IMG/VR virus record: IMGVR_UViG_3300045988_018683
DNA length: 19,157 nt
Source: a virus
Reading direction: 5' to 3' (one strand)
Both the position numbers and the translations under genes were made by a program. Of this stretch, positions 5,559 through 12,933 are shown one piece after another. The notes under the pieces were generated by a model, which saw only the letters and a program-made list of their open reading frames with translations, was not told the origin of the DNA and made no database searches. The number at the start of each line of letters is the position of its first letter. Within the stretch, counting starts at the first letter, position 1.

Positions 5559-5567
5559 TGATATAAT
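5559..5567 (+). promoter_or_regulatory. Extended -10 promoter TGATATAAT, candidate late promoter
   Basis: Perfect TGnTATAAT directly after the terminator and about 37 nt upstream of the scaffold gene. Confidence 0.55.
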
Positions 5568-5603
5568 TTTGATGGAAACACTACCAACGTAAGGAGAATT
5601 TGC

Positions 5604-5885
5604 ATGGCAGACCCAGACAATGAAGGCGAGGCCACCACCACCCCACCGCCGACCGAAGAGGAACAGCAGACCCAAACCGTGGATGATGAAGTCAAGCCGA
5701 AAGAGGAACAGGAGCCGGAACCGAAACAGGAGCCGGACGTTTCCGCACGCCTTGACGCACTCGAAAAGGAATTGGCCGCGCTGAAAGCCATGCTGGACAC
5801 GCTCGGCTATAATGACCCCGCCCCGTCCGACAATGACGGCGACAACGACGAGACTCAAGAGTCCATCGAAGATTTGTTCGACTAA
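5604..5885 (+). CDS. Putative scaffolding protein (93 aa, very acidic, coiled-coil segment)
   Basis: SD AAGGAG. It lies immediately upstream of the capsid gene, as phi29 gp7 does, and is of similar size. It is D/E/P/T rich, with the helical stretch LDALEKELAALKAMLDTL. Confidence 0.5.
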   Translation: MADPDNEGEATTTPPPTEEEQQTQTVDDEVKPKEEQEPEPKQEPDVSARLDALEKELAALKAMLDTLGYNDPAPSDNDGDNDETQESIEDLFD

Positions 5886-5906
5886 AAGAGTTAGGAGATA
5901 TATATA

Positions 5907-7622
5907 ATGTCTAATGTCCGACCGTTGGCCGGCAAAGGTGACGTTGAGATTTTCAATGCCATCCGCTCCGCCACCTCACCCCAGTTCCAGACCCGTATCC
6001 CGAGCGTCACGCAGGGCAATATCCGCAACGCGGTAGACACCATGCGTAATTTCCCCTATCTGCGTGACGAGTTCACTGGCGTGCTTATCCAGCGCCTGAT
6101 TGGGCTTTATATCCAACACGCTGACTGGGACGACCCGCTGAAGCTCATTGGCTCCCCACGCACCCTCAAGCGTTACGGTAGCACGTATGAGCAGGCCGCA
6201 GTCGGTCTCGTCAAGGCACGTACCCGCAACTTCAACAAAGAGTATCTCGGTGACGACGTGTACGGCCGCTACAGTCTGCCGACCGCAAGCGTGTTCCATC
6301 CGCTGACCTTTGACCACTACTATCCGGTCACCATCCCAGAAGACGCTCTGCTGACCGCTTTTGATGGCGAAAGCGGCATGTCGGATTACATTGCGGAAAT
6401 CATGAACGCGCCTATCCTCTCGGATAGAAACGACATGTACTTGATGAAGACCCAGTGTTTCGCGGAATACGCGCGTAAGGGCGGCTTCTACCGCGTGCAT
6501 ACGCCAGACGTTGGCAAGGCCGACTCTACCGAAGCGGATGCCAAGGGCCTGCTACGCTTGATTCAGCAGGTGGCGAACGAATTGAAGGCGTCCCCCATGT
6601 CGGCTATGCCGCGCTATAACGCCATGAGTTGGGTGACCCCGTGGCGCGACAGTGAAGCGATTCTCTTTGCTACCCCGCAGGTTATCGCCGCATTGAACGT
6701 CGAAGCCCTCGCCGCAGCGTTCAACATCGATAAGGTGAACGTTCCGTACAGGATTATCCCAATTCCTGAAGATATGTTCGGTATCGGCGGCACCGCTGGC
6801 AAGGGGCAAGCCGTTCTCACCACCGAAGACTTCTTCTTCTGCTGGGACGAAATGCTGGAAACCACCAATAGCCCCGTCAATCCGATTGACGGCACCCGCA
6901 ACATCTTCTACAAGCACCGTGGCAGCATTACCCCGAACCCGTTTGCGAACGCTGTACTGTTCTGGACGGGCGAAGGCTCCAATGAGACGGTGACTCTGCC
7001 GGACACGCTCACCACCTCGAAGCCCGAATTTACCTTGCGTGTGCGCAAGTATGGTCAGACTGCCGTCACTCCGCAAAACGTGTCCCGTGGCGACTTGGTG
7101 CAAGTGGTGTCCACCATTTCCAGCGCCAACAAGGATAAGGCGACATTCCAGCCGGTCGGCGTCAAGTACGCTGTCGAAGGCGCAACCAGTCAGTTTACGA
7201 CCATCGATAACGACGGCATTTTGCGTTGCGGTTTGGATGAAACCGCCGAAACGCTCAAGGTCACCGCACAGGCCACCTATATTAATCCGGCCACTCCGGA
7301 AATCGACCAAACCGTATCCGCCGCGCTCGATGTGCCGGTGGTGGGCGCTTGGCTTGGCGGTTGGAAGGCAGGAGCCATCGAGTCTCTTGAGATTCGGGGC
7401 GAAAAGTCAGTCAAAGTGAACGGCCATGTCGCGCTTAAGGCGATTGCCACCAAGACGGACGGCAACACCGCGGACGTGACCAACCTAACCGTGTGGACGG
7501 TGGACGCTAACGCAACCATCACCCCTAACGGCGTGCTGACCGGTAAAACGCAGGGCGCCGCAAATGTCTCCGTGAAGTTCGCGGGGGCCGCAGGAACGGC
7601 AAAGGTAACCGTCACCGCGTGA
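5907..7622 (+). CDS. Major capsid protein (phi29 gp8-like) with C-terminal Ig-like (Big_2-type) domain(s)
   Basis: SD AGGAG. The N-terminal IFNAIRS and central ALNVEALAAAFNIDK parallel phi29 gp8 (IVNAIRN ... LDVDVLAKAFNMNR). The C-terminus VALKAIATKTDGNTADVTNLTVWTV...GAANVSVKFAG..GTAKVTV looks like Big_2. Confidence 0.8.
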   Translation: MSNVRPLAGKGDVEIFNAIRSATSPQFQTRIPSVTQGNIRNAVDTMRNFPYLRDEFTGVLIQRLIGLYIQHADWDDPLKLIGSPRTLKRYGSTYEQAAVGLVKARTRNFNKEYLGDDVYGRYSLPTASVFHPLTFDHYYPVTIPEDALLTAFDGESGMSDYIAEIMNAPILSDRNDMYLMKTQCFAEYARKGGFYRVHTPDVGKADSTEADAKGLLRLIQQVANELKASPMSAMPRYNAMSWVTPWRDSEAILFATPQVIAALNVEALAAAFNIDKVNVPYRIIPIPEDMFGIGGTAGKGQAVLTTEDFFFCWDEMLETTNSPVNPIDGTRNIFYKHRGSITPNPFANAVLFWTGEGSNETVTLPDTLTTSKPEFTLRVRKYGQTAVTPQNVSRGDLVQVVSTISSANKDKATFQPVGVKYAVEGATSQFTTIDNDGILRCGLDETAETLKVTAQATYINPATPEIDQTVSAALDVPVVGAWLGGWKAGAIESLEIRGEKSVKVNGHVALKAIATKTDGNTADVTNLTVWTVDANATITPNGVLTGKTQGAANVSVKFAGAAGTAKVTVTA

Positions 7623-7643
7623 GCGTTGACAGCCAACCGGTAG

Positions 7644-7684
7644 AATAGGTGTGGATAGACTTTTATCCACACCTATTATTTTTA
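7644..7684 (+). terminator. Rho-independent terminator after the capsid gene
   Basis: A 14-bp perfect stem, AATAGGTGTGGATA-gacttt-TATCCACACCTATT, followed by ATTTTT. Confidence 0.8.
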
Positions 7685-7696
7685 GGAGGGTTTTTT

Positions 7697-9937
7697 ATGA
7701 GCGCTAATGACCTGCCGATTAATTTTAGTTACGCGAAATGGACGCCGAACACTCGTTTTAAATTGTGTAACGTGCCGTGGGACATGGGGTACAGGGATAT
7801 CGTCAAATGGGACAGGCAGGCCCAGCAAGAGTATTTCAGCCGGTTGAATGGTATCGAATTTACCAATTGCACCATGTCAAAATATGGATTGCCGGTACGA
7901 TTGCCGGTGCCGTTTGCTCAAGCGTCCCAATATAATTATCTGATTGCGACGAATGACTACGATTTCGACACCCCCCGTAGTTGGTATTATTTCGTCCAGA
8001 CATGCGACTATGTCAACGCGAACACCACGCAATTGAATATCCAGTTGGACGTGTGGCAGAGTTTCCAGCATGATATCCAATTGGGTAACGCCTACGTGGA
8101 AAGGGGGCACGTGGGGATTGCGAACGAGAACGCATGGAAGGACTATGGAAAAACCTACTTGGACCTGCCCGAAGGGCTTGACACGGGGAAATGCACCGTG
8201 CTCACCAACGAAGTTTGGAAACCGCTTATGGACGTTGGTACGCATGATAATGTGAAATACGTGTCCTATGGATTGATTATCGTAAGCACGACAGACCTCG
8301 AAGCGGATACCGGCACCAAGGATAATCCAGTGGTCAACACTGCAAACGGCAGCGCGTTTGAAAACCAGCTCAACGGTACCAGCATGTACTATTTGGACAC
8401 TCCGGCCGATATCGTCACATTTTTCTCCGAAGGAATGAACGCCCCGTGGGTCACGCAGGGTATTTGCGGCATCTACGCAGTGCCGCACCTGCCGCAAGCG
8501 TTATTGGACGGGCAGCCGAAAAAAACGGAACTTTTCGGGCATTCCGTAGGGTTTATCGGCAACTGTTGGGAACTCCGCAAGGCTAAAAGCGATTCCAGCG
8601 CACGCTACACGGACATTATCGATATCAAAAACTTCCGCGACATTTTCAAGCTGCCGGAACGCTATAAGTATCTGAAAAAGTTCATGACGGCGCCTTACGC
8701 CTACGTCGAATGCAGTTGCCTGAACGGCACCGTAATCACATATGAGCCGGAACAAATACCAAGTGCTGACCTGACTATCCGTGAATCATGGAATTACGCG
8801 CCACCGTCTCCGCGCTTGAATTTTTACGCGCGCGGATATCATGCCGGAAACATTGGCGAACGTCAGCCATTGACGGACGGCAAAGGATTGCCCATTGATA
8901 CTGGCGAAATGCTCAACGCATCCTTTGGCATTACTAATTTTCCAACTTTCATGGCCGTCAACAATGGCTCGGCATTAGCGCTTGCGAACAGTGCGTACAC
9001 GCGCCAATACGCCCAGCAAAGCGCTGATTGGAGTTTCCAGAAAACCCAAATGGGCATCAATAACGCCTACGCGCAAGCCCAACTGGGAACACAGTACGCG
9101 AGTGCGCAAAACCAGCTCGGAACCAGCAACCGCAACGCAATGATGGCTATAAACAATCAAGCCGCGCAGATGTCGGCTGATTTGACGTTGAAAAACCTGA
9201 GTTTCGGTAACCGAATGAACCAACTCAATACCATCGGTTCAGGCGTGGCGAACGCCGTTGGTTCTGCCGTGACCGGTAACGTTGGTGGCGTGGTGGGCGC
9301 CGTGGCGGGTACAGCCATAGGCGCGGTGGCCAACCAGATGTCATACAATAACGCGGTAGATTCGAACAGTCAGCAATTATCGAACACTTTGGCGACGAAC
9401 GGCGCAACCACCTCACAGTCGAATGCCTACAGTCTCGCGCAAACCAACCTGAGCAACCAACAGACCATGCAGCTCGCGGACATGAACAAGCAACTGGCTC
9501 AAGCCACCGCGCAAGGCGATTACGAGAACACCATTGCCGGCATCAACGCGCAGGTGCAACAGACGCAGACAGTACCGCCCACCACGTCGGGAGCGCTTGG
9601 CGGTGACGCTTTTAATCTTGCTAACGGGCTGATTGGCGTCATGGTACGGTTCAGGCAGATATCCACCGCGGCCATGCAAGCCATCGGTGAAGTATGGTTA
9701 AGGTACGGCTACTATGTGCAACGCTTCATGAGACTGCCGGAAAATCTCATGGCAATGAGCAATTTCACCTATTGGAAAGTGCATGAGTTGTATGTTCGTA
9801 GTTCGACGTGCCCAGAAGAATACCGACTGACAGTCAAAGGTATTTTCGAAAGTGGTGTGACCGTGTGGACCGACCCCGATAAAATCGGCGTCACCGACTA
9901 TGCGGACAACGTGCCATTATCCGGTATCGCATACTAG
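7697..9937 (+). CDS. Tail knob / distal tube protein (phi29 gp9-like), 746 aa
   Basis: ATG 7697 lies 6 nt after AGGAGGG. The N-terminal ...YNYLIATNDY...SWYYFVQ...TTQLNIQLDVWQSF...AYVERGHV matches the gp9 pattern ...SYIMFQNADY..KWFYAFV...FEIDVLQTW...REHV. The C-terminal YGYYVQR ... GVTVWTD matches gp9 YGYKINR ... GITLWHTD. Confidence 0.8.
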   Translation: MSANDLPINFSYAKWTPNTRFKLCNVPWDMGYRDIVKWDRQAQQEYFSRLNGIEFTNCTMSKYGLPVRLPVPFAQASQYNYLIATNDYDFDTPRSWYYFVQTCDYVNANTTQLNIQLDVWQSFQHDIQLGNAYVERGHVGIANENAWKDYGKTYLDLPEGLDTGKCTVLTNEVWKPLMDVGTHDNVKYVSYGLIIVSTTDLEADTGTKDNPVVNTANGSAFENQLNGTSMYYLDTPADIVTFFSEGMNAPWVTQGICGIYAVPHLPQALLDGQPKKTELFGHSVGFIGNCWELRKAKSDSSARYTDIIDIKNFRDIFKLPERYKYLKKFMTAPYAYVECSCLNGTVITYEPEQIPSADLTIRESWNYAPPSPRLNFYARGYHAGNIGERQPLTDGKGLPIDTGEMLNASFGITNFPTFMAVNNGSALALANSAYTRQYAQQSADWSFQKTQMGINNAYAQAQLGTQYASAQNQLGTSNRNAMMAINNQAAQMSADLTLKNLSFGNRMNQLNTIGSGVANAVGSAVTGNVGGVVGAVAGTAIGAVANQMSYNNAVDSNSQQLSNTLATNGATTSQSNAYSLAQTNLSNQQTMQLADMNKQLAQATAQGDYENTIAGINAQVQQTQTVPPTTSGALGGDAFNLANGLIGVMVRFRQISTAAMQAIGEVWLRYGYYVQRFMRLPENLMAMSNFTYWKVHELYVRSSTCPEEYRLTVKGIFESGVTVWTDPDKIGVTDYADNVPLSGIAY

Positions 9938-9941
9938 ATAT

Positions 9942-9978
9942 AATGGAGAGAGTCGAGAAAACTCTCTCCATTATTATT
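9942..9978 (+). terminator. Hairpin terminator after the tail knob gene
   Basis: A 12-bp stem, AATGGAGAGAGT-cgagaaa-ACTCTCTCCATT, followed by ATTATT. Confidence 0.55.
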
Positions 9979-9991
9979 AAGGACGGTGACT

Positions 9992-10930
9992 ATGGGCAGG
10001 CGCAATAACGCGCGCAAGGCCGCGCACTGGGACAATCAGAGCGTGCTTGGTTCCATGTGGGGCAATTTGAATCTGCCGGAAATGCGGCAATCCTTACGAA
10101 TCAACCAGTATATGAAGTTGATTGAAATGCTGGCAGTGAGTCGATTCAAATGGATTAATCTACCCCCGTATATTGACGAGCGCTATTTGGAACTGACTTT
10201 GTTTGAAAACGGTTTGGCGCTGTTTTTCCCCGACAAGCGCAAGGGGATTCACCGTTTTATGGTCACGGCGGGCAATATCGGCGGAGTCAACAATTACAAT
10301 AATCCGACGTCATTCCAGCCGGTGGCCACGAACTACTCGCACCCTCAAATCGGCTCAAAGGAATGCGTACCCATCTGGGATAATCAGCTTAGATGTACCA
10401 TGATTGACGTCATGTGGAATTACGCCACACGGCTCGCTATCGCAGACCGAGCATTGGACGTGAATCTGGACAATATCAGCGTCCCGCTGATTATCGCCAC
10501 GTCAGAAACAAACAAACTCACCGCCCAAAATTTGATGAAGGCGCGTGAAGATGGCGACCCATACATTTATACGTACGATTCGGCGGACATTACGGGCATG
10601 TTCCAGACATTCCCCAACATCACCCCGTTTCTGGCGGATAAAATCATCACCACGAAAACACAGATTTGGAACGAACTCGTAAACTATTTGGGTATCGACA
10701 ACAGCACCACGGAGAAGAAGGAAAGGTTGCTTGAGTCGGAAGTCACGGCTGGAAACAGTCGTACGAACGTGTTCCGCCTAAGCTATTTGAAGGCACGTCA
10801 ACAGGCGTGCGACACTATCAACCGGTTATGGCCGCAAATGGCCGATTCCGGCAAACCGATAAGCATTGAATGGAACGACACCACCTCTGGCGGACTCTTG
10901 GACGTGGACGGAAATAAGGAAGAGGAATAA
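9992..10930 (+). CDS. Portal / head-tail connector (upper collar) protein, phi29 gp10-like
   Basis: ATG 9992 lies 8 nt after AAGGA. FKWINLPPYIDERYLELTLFENG and TTEKKERLLESEV match gp10 [23 protein letters not shown] and LEKKERMVTDEV. At 312 aa it is close to the roughly 309 aa of gp10. Confidence 0.85.
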   Translation: MGRRNNARKAAHWDNQSVLGSMWGNLNLPEMRQSLRINQYMKLIEMLAVSRFKWINLPPYIDERYLELTLFENGLALFFPDKRKGIHRFMVTAGNIGGVNNYNNPTSFQPVATNYSHPQIGSKECVPIWDNQLRCTMIDVMWNYATRLAIADRALDVNLDNISVPLIIATSETNKLTAQNLMKAREDGDPYIYTYDSADITGMFQTFPNITPFLADKIITTKTQIWNELVNYLGIDNSTTEKKERLLESEVTAGNSRTNVFRLSYLKARQQACDTINRLWPQMADSGKPISIEWNDTTSGGLLDVDGNKEEE

Positions 10931-10932
10931 TC

Positions 10933-11745
10933 ATGGTGCAAGATTTGAGCATGTACGCGGTCAAGGACAGCATGGCGGACTACACGCTGACGCTCGGCAA
11001 TCTCATAGACCGTGGATATGATACGGACGAAAAACTGCACTTGAGCGCACAATATTATCCGATTTTCGACGAAGCGTATAGGGAGAAACTCAATGAGAAA
11101 ATCGTAGCCCACTACGCACTGCGTGAAATCGGCAGCGAAACCCCGCAAATGTTCGTCTTTTACTTGGGGCGCACCATGCGGGAGCAAATGGACTATTACA
11201 ATCAACTGTATTTGTCTGCGCAACGCAAGTTCGACCCGTTCATCACGTCCGACATCCGACAGGAAATGGATTCGACCAGTACCAACGAGTCAAGCGGCAA
11301 ATCTTCGGGAACACAGTCGAACGAGTCCAGTGCCAATAGTACGTCCGACACCACCGCCGACAATTCCAGCATGACGTTCAACAGCGAGTTCCCGCAGACC
11401 CGTATCGATGATTTCCGTAAGTTCGCCACTAGCGCCTCACAGACCGACTCGACAGGCAACACGCACACAAGCACACAGCAGGACAGCAGCACCACCGCGT
11501 CAAGTACCAGCAACACGGATTACGCGCACTCCTCGGACAAAGGAAACAGCACGTCACATACGCTCGGTACCAGCGGTTCGCAGTCCCAACTCTTGCAGGA
11601 CTGGCGTAACACCATGCTCAATATCGACATGATGGTCATTAACTCGCTGGAAGACCTGTTTATGGGAATGTGGGGCAGTGGCGACAATATGACCAACGTG
11701 CCGCAACTGTACAGTACGTCACTCGCCTACAATCTCGGCCACTAG
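10933..11745 (+). CDS. Lower collar protein (phi29 gp11-like) with a long Ser/Thr-rich insert
   Basis: Position directly after the portal gene. The N-terminal YYPIFDEAYREKLNEKIVAHYALREIGSETPQMF is the pattern I associate with picovirus lower collar proteins. Confidence 0.65.
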   Translation: MVQDLSMYAVKDSMADYTLTLGNLIDRGYDTDEKLHLSAQYYPIFDEAYREKLNEKIVAHYALREIGSETPQMFVFYLGRTMREQMDYYNQLYLSAQRKFDPFITSDIRQEMDSTSTNESSGKSSGTQSNESSANSTSDTTADNSSMTFNSEFPQTRIDDFRKFATSASQTDSTGNTHTSTQQDSSTTASSTSNTDYAHSSDKGNSTSHTLGTSGSQSQLLQDWRNTMLNIDMMVINSLEDLFMGMWGSGDNMTNVPQLYSTSLAYNLGH

Positions 11746-11776
11746 AGTATACTTGGAATAGACAGATTGGAGGATT

Positions 11777-12376
11777 ATGGACGGAATCAACACATGCGCC
11801 GCGCCGCTCGACATTGACCCGCGACAACGCTATTTCACCACCGTGCAACCGTTTTCATACCGTGATACGCTCACCATACTCGGGTATGTGCAGGAAGTGG
11901 CCGAACACTTGGACGAACTGCGCGAGTCGGTGGACAATCTCGCCAAGGACGAAAACGCGGACGTCGAAGCCATCAAACAGCTTGTAGCCGGTTTCAGCGA
12001 ACAATTCGAGCGCATAGATAAAACCTTGGATGATTTGGAAAAGCAGGTCGGACAGTACGAAGACTCTGACTTGACCTATAATCCGACTCGTGGCAAGTAC
12101 GAAGACTCGAAAAACACGAACCGTGACATGTATCGCGAGTTGGCCGTGTTCGGTGCGCGAGTCAATCAGATGGCGCAACTATCCGTGCCAATGGCCTCCG
12201 CACACACGTGTCTTGAGTTCGCAGTGCTTGGTAACAAAACCATTTTTCACAATGACGAGCCACGCGTCACGCCACGCGACATACGCGTGGATGACGGCGA
12301 ACCCGTCAAGCCGCTATCGGTGGAAAATCTCGCCAACGGCGTCGTGGTCAACAATTACATGAAAACCGCACAGTAA
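11777..12376 (+). CDS. Hypothetical virion or structural protein (199 aa, coiled-coil centre)
   Basis: SD GGAGGA. Located between the collar and fibre genes. No family recognised. Confidence 0.6.
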   Translation: MDGINTCAAPLDIDPRQRYFTTVQPFSYRDTLTILGYVQEVAEHLDELRESVDNLAKDENADVEAIKQLVAGFSEQFERIDKTLDDLEKQVGQYEDSDLTYNPTRGKYEDSKNTNRDMYRELAVFGARVNQMAQLSVPMASAHTCLEFAVLGNKTIFHNDEPRVTPRDIRVDDGEPVKPLSVENLANGVVVNNYMKTAQ

Positions 12377-12385
12377 GGAGCAACA

Positions 12386-12739
12386 ATGACACAGAAAACA
12401 CCAAACTATAATTTGGAAAAGTACGACGCGACGGACGCGCCGAACCTACAAGGCCAATACAATCGCTCGATGGATATTCTTGATACGACGTTGAAAACCC
12501 AGTCGGACAAGATTGACGCCATTCCAACACCGGAAAACCTGCCGGACGGGTTGAAAGCGTTTTGCTCGGCCTTGAGTCTGACCAACTCTAACGCGGAAGC
12601 GCTCGGCACTGCGCTCAACCATTTTCTAAACCGTACTCCGGCAGCGAACGGCGGACAGTACACCGTCAAGAACCTGAACGACACCAAGGTCACCGCCGAA
12701 GGACTACCGTTCGTTTCCACCACCTCTACGGGACAGTGA
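12386..12739 (+). CDS. Tail fibre / appendage protein paralog 1 (117 aa) with the shared N-terminal motif
   Basis: SD AAGGAG. It carries the N-terminal motif NYNLEKYDATDAPNLQGQYNRSMDILD, shared with the next two ORFs. Confidence 0.65.
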   Translation: MTQKTPNYNLEKYDATDAPNLQGQYNRSMDILDTTLKTQSDKIDAIPTPENLPDGLKAFCSALSLTNSNAEALGTALNHFLNRTPAANGGQYTVKNLNDTKVTAEGLPFVSTTSTGQ

Positions 12740-12745
12740 TGCAAT

Positions 12746-12928
12746 ATGACAGACAGTCAGCAGACCACGCCCGTGAACTCCGCCGCATATGATGTGACGC
12801 GCCATTGGGGGCTACCGCTCTACAATGACGCTACACCAATGGACATGCGTGACGGCTATAATCGCGCCATGCGCATGATTGACCAGATTCTCACCCAGCT
12901 ACAGACTCAAATTCGAGAAAAGGACTGA
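12746..12928 (+). CDS. Tail fibre N-terminal-motif-only paralog 2 (60 aa)
   Basis: HWGLPLYNDATPMDMRDGYNRAMRMID followed by a short helical tail. The SD is weak, so translation is probably coupled to the upstream gene. Confidence 0.5.
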   Translation: MTDSQQTTPVNSAAYDVTRHWGLPLYNDATPMDMRDGYNRAMRMIDQILTQLQTQIREKD

Positions 12929-12933
12929 ACACA

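Noticed and set aside
5372-5566. 64-aa + strand ORF after the polymerase gene
   Set aside because: Its ATG lies inside the -10 element and overlaps the polymerase stop. It has no SD, and the frame runs straight through an intrinsic terminator hairpin. I treated the region as non-coding.
5385-5858. 157-aa minus-strand ORF, and similar long antisense ORFs (for example 2246-2746, 5976-6500, 6552-7310, 7877-8497, 10798-11223, 14532-14948)
   Set aside because: They lie opposite well-supported + strand genes with recognisable homology, lack SD sequences and have Arg/Gly/Val-rich shadow-frame composition.
7626-7646. TTGACA at 7626 followed by TAGAAT at 7641 as a promoter
   Set aside because: The spacer is only 9 nt, so the two hexamers cannot act together.
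7649-7696. Upstream start (7649) of the tail knob ORF given in the track
   Set aside because: That codon lies inside the capsid-gene terminator hairpin. ATG 7697 has an excellent SD (AGGAGGG).
9939-9944. TATAAT hexamers at 9939 and 14859 (and internal ones at 743, 1871, 3597, 5807, 12405 and others) as promoters
   Set aside because: They have no TG extension and no acceptable -35 element at 16-18 nt. Two of them are simply parts of terminator loops or stems, and the others are inside coding sequence.
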